A stretch of DNA of 59,765 bases, the filler included, from Bipalium vagum (lineage: Eukaryota), in assembly GCA_037834085.1 (NCBI GenBank). It is 3 parts of 3 records of this genome, joined end to end, with 100 filler letters (N's around TTAATTAATTAA, not from the genome) between each part and the next. Parts side by side here need not be neighbours in the genome. Positions count along the whole stretch, not along the records: positions 41,481 to 59,765 come from JBBMKC010033979.1; 2 more parts are not named here. One strand, 5' to 3'. The notes under the pieces were generated by a model. It was given only the letters and a program-made list of their open reading frames with translations. It was not told the origin of the DNA and did not search any database. Shown one piece after another: positions 48,591 to 59,765 of this stretch. Made by a program: the position numbers and the translations under genes. The stretch's first letter is position 1; each line of letters begins with the position of its first letter.

Positions 48591-51500
48591 TCATTGAATG
48601 GATACTAAATCATTAAATGAAACCTCATTGTGATTCTCTTCATCAGTACTGGTACTCAAATTGAATTTAGAGGAATATTCAACTGAAGACGAAGTTGGAG
48701 ATTCCGAGGAATGACAATGATTTCTATACAATGGTTTGGACGATAACAACAGTCGCTCCTCATCACCAGTGCTGCTACTGCTCAGATAACTGCTTGACGA
48801 ATTGTTGTTGGAGTTGATTAAATCTTGAGCCTCCAATAATCGAACAATTTCCAAAATCGATTCCTCTCCAGACTTTCCCATGCCGCTCGTCAAAGATAGA
48901 ATACTGACAAATTTCGCTAGAACAAATGCCAATAATCGGAATCTTCCCGATGGTAAATGTTTCCGAATCCTTTCCATGAACCGACCACTACCTTTGATAA
49001 GGCATCCCAGTAGCAAAGCTGAAACCATAACGATATAATTATATATATTTGCATTTCACCAAATAGTTCAAACACTACTAATATCTCTAAATAGAGAACA
49101 TTTTTTGAACAAATCTTGATTTTCATTAAATAGATAAAATACACAATATTTAATTATTTAATCAATAGAAATAATAATAATTTAATTAATTAATAAAACT
49201 TAAAATAGAAATTGGTTATTATCGACTTACCTGTGTAAGCGGATACTACCGAATCTTGCATATGCTGTCCGGCAGCACTGAGTTTCTTTTGCAGTTCTTC
49301 TTCCTCTTCTTTGCTGTTGATTAAGAACTCCACGTCTGCACCTTCATCACTACTTGCATCGTCTTCAGACTCACTGAACTCCATTCCATAAATATTCTTT
49401 TCCTTACTAATTTTAGCTATCAAATTAAAAAATGAAATCAATATAAAATCAATATTGTATTGTATTTTACTCGTTTTATTTCTTCTCATTAAACTTTTGT
49501 CGGCAACCAATCTCCATTTCGGATCGTTTCCGGTTTCATCAATTTCCTCATTGTTACCAACACCTTCAGCCTCACCTTCAATCAAAACATTGTTTTTAGC
49601 TCGATCATCGTGCCTCAAAAACAACTGAAAGCAAATAAAAATTAATTTCAATTAGCATTCAATAACTTTAACTTAAAACAATTAATATAAACTAAAAATT
49701 CAAAAAAATCGTGATATATATTATCAATATCAATTAAATAAAATTTAATAAATAAAAATGTCTAAAATCTATAATTATTAATAAAATATATTTAAAAATT
49801 TCAAACAGAATTTATTATTATCTCTGCTATTATTTAATAATTATTATTAATATCATTAGATATAATGATTTTTCTTCATATCATTAATAAAAATATAATT
49901 ATTTTAGATAGCTTTTAATCGATAGCTTTTAAATAAACAAAGAAAAGAAATATCCAGGAATTCGAAATATAAAACCAAAAAAAAATGAAATCTATCAATA
50001 ATAAATTTTTCTGTAAACAAAATTTATCATATATTTACTCAAGAGTAAAAAATGATTTTTTAAATAGAAAATTTTCCCCATTTTATAAAACTGAAATATA
50101 AATACTGGAAAGAATAGTCAAAAATTTTAATAGATTTAAATATATTTCAGTTAACGTAGTACAGAGAGAAATATGAACTTATTTTTTTAATGCACACACG
50201 CACATATCCACACAGACAAACAAATACACACACTACACTGAAAATGTTGAAGAGTTGATTTTAAACATATCAGTTCCGTTTTATCTCTCTATCACTTTCT
50301 GTCTTTATACTATGCTTTATCCCTGATTCTCTGTGTCAGTGCGTCTATCACAGAAAATCATTGGACCACACAACAGAACTCTAAAAATTGGCAACCAGTG
50401 CCATTCTAAAATGATCACTGTATGCGATATAGAAACACACACAAATACGAAGGCACACCCGCTCAAATAATTTCAATTCACAATTCAATTATATCTCTCT
50501 CTCTTTCTCTGTGTCTCTATCTCTTATAGACACATTAATTTGCAATTATTGATTTTTTATTTATTTTCTAGTCTTGTAAGTTTAAAACTAATATATGTAT
50601 TTTTGAATGTTCGCTCGTGTGTGTGTGTGTGTGTGTATCAATGTTATGTGAAACACTGAAAATTAAATCAAACGTAATTTTAAATTTGTCCTTTGAAAAA
50701 AACTTACCTTGACAAGAGCTTCCAAAACATTTATTTTTACATCGGAAGATTCACAGTCGATATTCAACATGTTACCAGAATCTTCATCATCTTCATCATC
50801 ATCTTCCAAATCCATATCCTCTTCATCTATTTCATCATCAAATGAAAAACCCATAGATTTGCTTTCTTTTACATTTACAGCGTCATCGAGGTCAGTCGAT
50901 ATTTGACCACTTTTTCCCAGACATGCGACTCGCTTACGAGAAATTGAAACGTGGCCCATTCTTAATCGATTTTCTGAGCAATGCTCTGCCAGGTTGATGA
51001 GCAAAGCCAAAGCCAGTACGGAAAGATCAAATCGTTTACCGCTACTCATAAATCGCGGAAGATGCAACAAACATGAGAAAATCAATTTCAACAATCCAGT
51101 ACAATTGCCTAATTGATTACTTGTCCACTCTATTAACAAGAGATAGATAAAAAGATGTTTCAAATGAATAAAACATAGATTTCTTAAAGTTTATAGATTT
51201 TCATTTTAAAAATATTTCCAAAATTAAATTAAAAAAGGAAAAAATATTAATTTGAATACCATATATATATAACTGAAAAATATTGTTTTTAATTCAATCA
51301 ATAACCAATAATCTTTCCTTAAATTATTGAAAATTTTTTTGAAATTCTGACTTCGTTTAAATGATTCCTCATCTAAGCAGTTAGACAGAGAGAGATTCTT
51401 TGTTATGGCAAGAAAATTCCAGTGAAAAGAAGAAAAAGCAACAAAAATCATATCCCGAGATGCAAATAACATTTTATCTCTACAGTTTTGTAAAGTATAT

Positions 51501-54500
51501 ATTTTTTTGTCAGATAAGCTCAAAAAAATTATTAAATTAATAAAATAAAAATAAATAAAAGATCATTCAGAATCAATTATTAAAATAATAATAATAATTT
51601 TAACATAGTTTGAGAAAAATAAATAATTTTCTCAAAGAAAATTTTAATATTTCAATTGTCATTGTTGATCGCTTTGAATAGAAATTAAATTAGTAATAAT
51701 CTATATTTTATTTTCACGGTAAAAATCGATTAAATTAAAGATTTCTCATAAGTCGATAATTGAGAAGAATTGTTGAATGTACTAATCAATATATTGAAAA
51801 ATCTCTTTCCAATGAAAGTTATTAATAAAAAATAATTCTCAATTTATTCCAAATACATTTATATACATTTGAAAAAATGTATATATAAATTAATAATTAT
51901 TTTCATATTTTGAGTTACCCACATTAAAAAAAATAAAACATGTGTTTAACTGACCATCAATGAATGATTAATGTTCAAATTAATATCTTATTGATTTCAA
52001 CATGAATTTAAATAAATTTTTTTTGAAAGTGATTTGAATATACGAATATTAATAATTTTATATTAAATAAAAATTATTGTTTTTAAAAAAAAATTATGTA
52101 AGTGAAAATTAATAATATAATCATAATTATTATTATTTAATTATCATAATTATGAAATGCTTTTTGTATTGAATAAATGTTGATAATGTCAAATATTTAT
52201 TATAAAAAAATTGAAATTATTTATAAAAAAATCAATACTAGACAATAAGGGTAAAAAAAAGACACTTGTTTCATAATCGAATTTTTCCAGTTCCACGCTT
52301 CTTAATGTCTAGTTGACATTTTCGAAATCGAAAGTAAACATCAACAATGTTATCGATTGACTATTTCACCACACATCAAAAAGCTTTTGAGGAAAATATT
52401 GAAAATTTACCGATATGATATGTTTTCAAAATTCGTTTATTAACAAAACCAATAGCCTGATTAATTGATTAAATAGTAATTATTTAAAAATCTTTTATTT
52501 ACTTTGTTAAATGTTTACATGCAAAATAATATTAATATTAATTATTATTATTATGATTATTATTGACTAGGTGCAATACAATATTCAAAAAGACTTGAAT
52601 ATGAAAAGTGAATCGATAATTGTTAGAAATTGCTATTTTATTATGTAAATAAATTTATATTGGTTTGCACATGGTCTGTGTGTATGTGTGTCCCTTAGTC
52701 GTGTACGTTACAAAAATAGTTAGTGTGTGGTTATCATGGGAACTGGCATGAATACAAAACACAAATCCGATTTCTCATGTTTGAATTTTTTATTGATTTT
52801 TCTTAGTTCCATGTTCAATATTTTAATTTTATAATAACATTAATATTAATAATTATAAACAAAAAAATATATTCACCGTTGTCGTGAGAAATATTTGCCA
52901 GCAACCCCAGAATGGCTAAAAGACAGGCTTGGATTAGAGTTTTTTCTTGACTACCTTGAATTTGATATGAAAGATTTGCAGCGCAAAGTTTTAGACATCT
53001 CCAAAAATGATTTATTAAGATTGTATCATTATAATCAATCAGGTACGATTGATTATCGCGATTCTGAAAAGTCATCTGGAAAAAGTTTTGAAATAAAGTT
53101 CCGTTGACAAAAAACAAAATGTGTGCAAAACAAACGTACATTTTCAAGAAATCGCATATAATTAAATAATCGATACAACCGATCCATTACAAATTCGTCG
53201 AGATTCTGTGGTCCGAGGTCTTCACCAAGATAGTCTATGGAAGCCGTAACCTGCTCGCAAATCAAATCCAATCCACGTAGCTTACGCATTTGATTTTTGA
53301 ACCAATCAACACATTTCCTGGATGATAATTGCAGAAGACATTCCACCACCAAATCTTCCGTCTGAATCAAAGCAAAAAAATCAAAACCAACGTAACCAAT
53401 ATTTACAATAGCTCTAAAAATATCACTATCTTTCTCATTTTTGCATAAAAATCGTTTCATAAAAGAAACGTGAGATTTACTAAGTGTTATTGATTATTTT
53501 CAATCGCAACGATTTTAAGTTTTTTAAAATTCGTTTTATGGTCATTGAATAAGTTACAATAAGTATTAATATAGAAAGAATTTGAAATTTAATAAAGAAC
53601 TCATAAATTTATTTTTTTTATTTGGTGAATATAAATTGATTTCATTTAAAAATTTATAACAATAAAAAGATCAAATACTTTAAAAACAATTGGAATGTAA
53701 ACTTCGTTATATCTATGGATTTGATGCAATTAAAATCAATTTTTCGAATTAAAGAAATATTGAAAGTTTTCTTGAAAGAACATAAAAAACGAAACAGTGA
53801 ATTTTGTTTCCTTTATTGAGATATATTAATAAAAAGAAAATTTCATCTTTTTCTGTGCGTGATAAATGAGAGAGAGAGAAAGAAAGAGGGGAAAGATTGA
53901 TACAGACTGGTAGAAAATGAGATTTTCTTTGAAAATTACTACTGTGAGGTCGTCATGTTCAACGGGACAGTTCTTAATTTTTATCGAAATGAGACATGTA
54001 CAATTTGAGTGAATAATCCATAACTATAATTATTGATGTATCGTTCACTGTTGGAGAACTGTAACAGAAAATGTAAATTGATTTTTCATTATTCACAAAG
54101 GAATCATTCATGTGAATAAATAATTAATAATAACAAGAATTTTAATCAATCACGAGAATTATTAAATATCGATATTAAAATATTTAATCAATCAAATTAA
54201 TTTAGATAAGGATTTTATTATGATTTTTTTAAAAATTAGTTTAAAATCATTCAATAATAATAATAATCAAATAATTAAGCAAAATGCTGAAATTTTTTTT
54301 CTAAATTCTCTAAATCATATCACTAATTTGATATGAAAGAATGCGTGTTTTTTTAAAAAATCACTTCCATTTTCAACTTTTCCTGCAGAATTACGACTAT
54401 AACTTAAGTCATTTGAAGGTAAGCAAATTCCAGTTAGGTATGAAACCACTGTTATGGTATAATTTTAAATAGAATAAATTAGCACCACATTCATTAATCT

Positions 54501-57500
54501 TGCTTATCTTAGTTTATCATCGATTTTAATTTGAATTTTCTTTCATAAAAAATATCCTTTAGAAATTATTTATTAATAACTTTTCTCAATCAAAAATCGA
54601 AAATTTTAATTTAATTTTTTCATTTTGGAAAGAAAATTGGTAATAATAGTAAACAATATAAATCTTAAAAAGAGGCCTTTTGAAAAATTTAAAAACATCA
54701 GCAATATGAAAGTTATGGTTTAAACTTAAAATGAAATATGAGACCTACACAAATTATACAGATCAATCACAAGAAAATCAACAAAGGGGTAATATTTAAA
54801 AAATCAATAGTGTTACCGTTATATTACTATTCAATTTCAGATGTCGGCAGCAAACGCAAGATCTTTGAAAAACAAAAGAAGACGAAGAAACATTTTGAGG
54901 TTTGCCTTCTTTTTCACGACTCCTCAAGCTGTCAGTACTGTTTGAATGATGCAATTTATCGAGAACCAATCTGATCTTGTCACGAATTCGTTCATTTTCT
55001 TTACTGAACTTCGTTTGATCTGAAATAAATAAGGAAACGTTTTAATCCGTTATTAATAGATTTCATAAACTTGTGCTTTAATCAATAAAAATAATGGTTA
55101 ACAATAATCGATGTTTTCAATTTTTCATTGAGTTTTTGGAAAATTTTTATCATACTAAAATTATTAGTTTCTGTTTTAGAAAGTTAAAAAAACAAATCAA
55201 TAATTTCTATATTTTATTTAACATTTTTAACTGTCAATCATAATACAAATCAGATAGGTTTATACGAAAAAACATCAAATTTCGGTCGTAAAAATTGCTG
55301 ATATTTTCCAGTTTTCGTAATATTAACTTATTATCGTAATCAATGAAAAATCAAAATTCAAATAAATGAAAAGTTCGACGACGAAAAGAAAAGACCGGTT
55401 TTATTTAAAATATTTCAATAGTTTGTTATACAAGGATTACGTTAAAAAGTTTACAGTTTGAAACTTTCCTTTCTTAGTCACACTTGTATTAAAATTAAAT
55501 GTAAGTGTTAAAAGATTGTATTCATTTTTATGACCACGATATGAAAATTATCATTTGTTAAATAAAACAAATCAATAATGAAAAAATCAATATTTAAATG
55601 TAATTATCATTGATTATTCAATATTAATTATATTCTTATAATAAAAATAATAACTTTAACGATTTTCTTTATTTTCATTTTTACAATTTTATAAATTCAC
55701 AGTGAACCATGATAATTTTTTTATAAAAAAAACTATATATGAATCAATTAAAATAAATTCTCTTGACATATGAAATATGCAAAATAACTCATTTACAATT
55801 TTGAGAGGGAGAATGAATTTACAATTCCCATCCTTAATTTTTATAGTTATTTAATCATAGATTACAGTGAAACAATTACAATCGTTTAATGTTAATACAA
55901 ATTTTTATGAGAATAAATCAGACTATAGAAAATTATCTGAGTTTAAGTGGCTATTCACAGAAGGAAATGGCATGCTTTTTATCTCAGTTGTTTTTAAATG
56001 CCCCATCTGTTAAAAACGGTTTTCAAAGTTAAATTAACGTCACTGTTTATTTTCCATTTGTGATCAATGATATTATTTACTATAACCAAATAATGGAACA
56101 TCGGATAGAATAATCTCTTTTCTATTTGTAAATTTTACATCCTAATCTATCTATTCATTAATTGTTATCCTAGGCCAGAATAAATCTTACATATCAGGAA
56201 TATAGGCAATTAAATGATTCTATTTATACTCAATAATTTTAAAAAGTCAATAGTCCATATAATTAAATCATTTTTTACTAATATACAAGAATATTTTTTA
56301 TTAAAATTTTTATCTAAATTGTTTAAAAAGAAAACATTGATAATTTCCGGTATTATTTTATAAGAATTATTTTGGAAAAATACTTAAAGAATTTGAGATA
56401 ATTACCAAAAATTTCTCTAATTGACATCTTATTTTAATCAATAATTAAAAACTTTTTTGTTGCATCAAATTTTCTCAAAATATTTTAAAATTGTCCATTA
56501 TATCAATAATATTTTTCCAATAATTGAAATTTCTGGGTCACCAATAATTTTGTGATTGTAGATATTTCAAGGACAAAAAATTGTGATAAAGGACTAATAA
56601 CTTTTTGTGAGAATAAATTATGTGATCAATATTAATAAATGACGAAAATGGTTCTTATGGTGATGTGAAAAAAGTATTTATTGATATTATTTTTAAATCA
56701 ATTAAAATACAAAGAAATAATTTTGCATACATTAAGTAATTTGAGACGCGATTCCGAGAACTGAGATTTTATCATTTTTTCAAAACAATAATAATTAACT
56801 CTCACACTGTCGTTTTCAATAAATTTTCATTCAAATAATTTACAAAATTTTGATTCAATTCCAATTGATATTAACAAATTATTTCTTATTTTTATCACCT
56901 ATTGGAAGAGGGGCTGACGTTAAGAAAAATTTAACAACATATCGATTTTCCAAATGATATATTCCAATAATATTTTTAGACTTTTCAGTTTCATATTGGC
57001 AAATGATCACTTTATCGATTTTTCTTTATTATCACAAATCACACTGAAATAATCGAAAACCAGTGGGGAAAATATTAATTATGTTTGAAAAAATTAACTT
57101 CTTGTTCTCCCCTCTCGCCAATAGCAACAGATAAACTTTTAAGCTAAAAATATTACGGATTTATAAATTTCCTCTTTCGTGACAAATTCTTCCCATTTAA
57201 AATTCTTAATCGATTTAAAAAATTCCTCAACAGACGAAAAATCTCATAAAGCAGACTGAAAATGTCACATGACTCTGTTTATTACAAAGTTTCGATGACA
57301 AGTGTGTCATATTTCCCTGTGCCACAGAAAGAGGCACATTATTTTATTTCACAGCTTTGTATAAAAAAGTAACAAGAAAAATATTTAATCAACTTTATAA
57401 AAGATTGGTTTTACTTGTTTTTTATATTGTATTATTATTAAAGAAAATATTTAAATAAAATCTAAAATTAAAATGTGCTGCTCAATAATTTGAAATCGAC

Positions 57501-59695
57501 AATTTTTTTTGGATCATTGTTAATGGGAAAACAAGCGAAAACAAAAATTATTATTTGATTAAATTTTACAATGACAACATATTTACTTTTGCTAATTTGA
57601 GGTAATTTTAGTAACAACTCCAGTGACTCGTCATCGAAAAGTCTAGGTTGCTTATCACGGGCAAACACGAGAAACAAAGCAGCTGTACACATGGCTACGG
57701 ACTGAAGAAAAAAGGGGAAATTGAGAAATGAAAGCAGAAATATTTACACACCTCGTCTTTGTGTGCATCATCAAGATACTGGAATATTTTTCCCACGAGA
57801 CCATGTGCTTTCAATAACTCTTTGAAAGATCGCGACAAGCATTTACTGGTCAATGTAATGATGCTACAAAAAACCACCAGTACCATTACGATACATTCAT
57901 CAACCAATATAAAAATAAAAAATTTTACCTAAGAGTTCTTGTAGATGATTGCAGATTACTTTTCAGTCCCTCAATCAAGTATTCCACGTCATCCAACAAA
58001 TCCTGTGTTTCGCCAGTTTCCTGGCATTCGTGAGCTTCCTTCACATTTTTCAATATTGCAAATTTCTGAATATTAAATTAAAATGTTTATCGAAATATAT
58101 TTTTTTCATTTTTAGTTCTTGTTATATATATTTTTTAAAAGCCAACCAATATTAAAAAAAGACGAGAAAAAATCAATATTCTCTGAAATTAAAACAGAAA
58201 TAATACAATTACGTAATAATTCTTAGTATCTTCCTCTAATTAGTTTATGGGACAAAAAATTACAATAAAAAACTGAGAGAAAAATCATTTTTCAAATTGA
58301 TTTTCGAATTTCTAAATTAATTAGGTAAAAAATCAATCCAATTATTCATAATATCAATAAATTATCAATATTTTCTGATTTTTTCAAGAAAAAAATTTTC
58401 AGGTTTCTTATAATGTTTAGATTGAAAAAACATGATCCGCGTTAAATCATGTACACATTTTTATGATTTTCTTTTTAAATTTATCAATAAATAAAGACAA
58501 CAGAACAGTTTCTCTGAAGAAGAAATTAATAAATAATGAGAAATCTGAATATTTTTAAAATAAAACATCTTTGACATGATCTGAAAGGTCAAGCGTTTTT
58601 AAATACCCATTGTTTCATTAATTCAAGCAAGTGATTTCCGACTTGTTATATCGGCGCTTAACTGTCACTTTTAAAAGTAGAATATATAAATCAATGTGAA
58701 ATCTGTGATTAGAAAAAAACAATTCTAAAAGCATTGTGATTTTAAACAATATTTTCTTTCTTAAACAAATATTGGATTGGATCTATCTTCATTGTTATAC
58801 TAAATTAAATGTTTAGTAAACAATTCAAATATTAAATCATTTTCATTTAAAATATATAATTTATCACATGTGTCTATAAAAAGTAACACATAAGAAAAAA
58901 AATCTTTTTTTTCGATTTTCTATTTTATTGAACGATTTAACAATAAAATCACAAATATCTGAAAAATCATTTTAAAATCTATTATTCGAGAAAATGGTCA
59001 ATATATATCATATACAGTAAAGGAAATTATCGATTAAAATTTCAATAATTATCTATCATATTAACACATTTACCAGACACAATTCATAAATTTGTACTTT
59101 CCCCATACTACGGACTTAATTTAAGGACTTGTAAGTCAACAAAGATTCTAATAAATTTGAAAAATAATTCCCGTTTTTTAAGCAATTGAAAATGGCTGTA
59201 AGTTTAAAGTTTCAAAAAATATTTCATTAAGACATCAATTGAATAAGTTCATTGGGGTTTCAGAACAAAATCCATGCAGAAATGCCATATCAAGCAGAAT
59301 ATGGACTGATAAATCAATTATAAAAATATATCGTAATTTTATGCATTAAATATGCAAAAATTTAGGTTTTAGTATAACTTTTAATATTATCATAAAAATA
59401 AGGTTCATTCTTACAATACAATTTTAAAAAGATTACGACCAATACGTCAAATAAAGACCTCTTTGTTGTCAATCTTTCTCGTGGAGGCACCATTTGTGGT
59501 AGACGTGGGATACTGTTTGACAATATTGTACAAATTATCGTTTAAGTAGGGTTTGTCCGCTAAATCCTTTGATTTGCTTAATTTATTGTCAATCTCATCA
59601 CTTAGACCTGGATAGTCTCGATCTTCATAGTCGTAATCAAAGCAATCCAAGTCTGGTGCGACCTCCAATGAGTCGTTTGATTGATAAATGATATT
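48591..59695 (-). CDS. WAPL: Wings apart-like (WAPL) cohesin release factor, multi-exon, 5' part outside the window
   Basis: Phase-consistent GT-AG exons: 59695-59459, 58065-57929, 57863-57752, 57701-57587, 55019-54817, 53361-53140, 53075-52877, 51129-50708, 49624-49471 plus 49416-49231 (split by a 54-nt in-frame intron), and 49018-48591. Motifs NVKEAHECQETGETQDLLDDVEYLIEGL, LKAHG, CTAAL, DWFKNQMRKLRGLD, NQSYLI, RFDLSVLALALLINLAEHCSENR and AGQHMQDSVVSAYTALLLGCL match the WAPL HEAT domain. Confidence 0.93.
50617..50636. repeat. (GT)n microsatellite in a WAPL intron
   Basis: Direct reading of the sequence. Confidence 0.9.
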
Positions 59696-59765
59696 CTTAA
59701 AAGAAAAAAATAGTCTGTAAAAAACAGTGTAGATAATCACCAAAAAGTAAAGATAGCTTATATAT

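Overview
Very AT-rich animal genomic DNA with GT-AG introns and the standard code. The transposon spectrum and composition suggest a flatworm, possibly a planarian, but this is inference only. The window is three sequence blocks joined by artificial 100-nt spacers (N44-TTAATTAATTAA-N44 at 23874-23973 and 41381-41480), so adjacency across them is not proven. Host genes: the last coding exon of a Rab14-like GTPase (+, missed by the ORF track); a calmodulin-dependent phosphodiesterase PDE1 (+, one 1.19-kb exon, final exon not found); and ten exons of the cohesin-release factor WAPL (-, 5' end beyond the window). The rest is largely decayed transposons: many mariners of several subfamilies, Tc1, DD37D, DD41D, pogo/Tigger, an IS630-like element, Merlin, probable Penelope and BEL relics, a Ty3/Gypsy gag-pol fused to half a tRNA-Ala, and a Maverick/adintovirus fragment. 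The most interesting signals are (i) a covarying RNA hairpin plus splice donor shared by two diverged Gypsy leaders (31813-31899 and 46921-47013), (ii) a zinc finger-PLA2X-integrase arrangement set head-to-head with pPolB in the Maverick relic, (iii) the Gypsy/tRNA-Ala junction and (iv) a G-quadruplex-type run in the Rab14 3' UTR. I found no convincing wholly new multi-gene system. All family assignments are by eye from remembered motifs, not from database searches.
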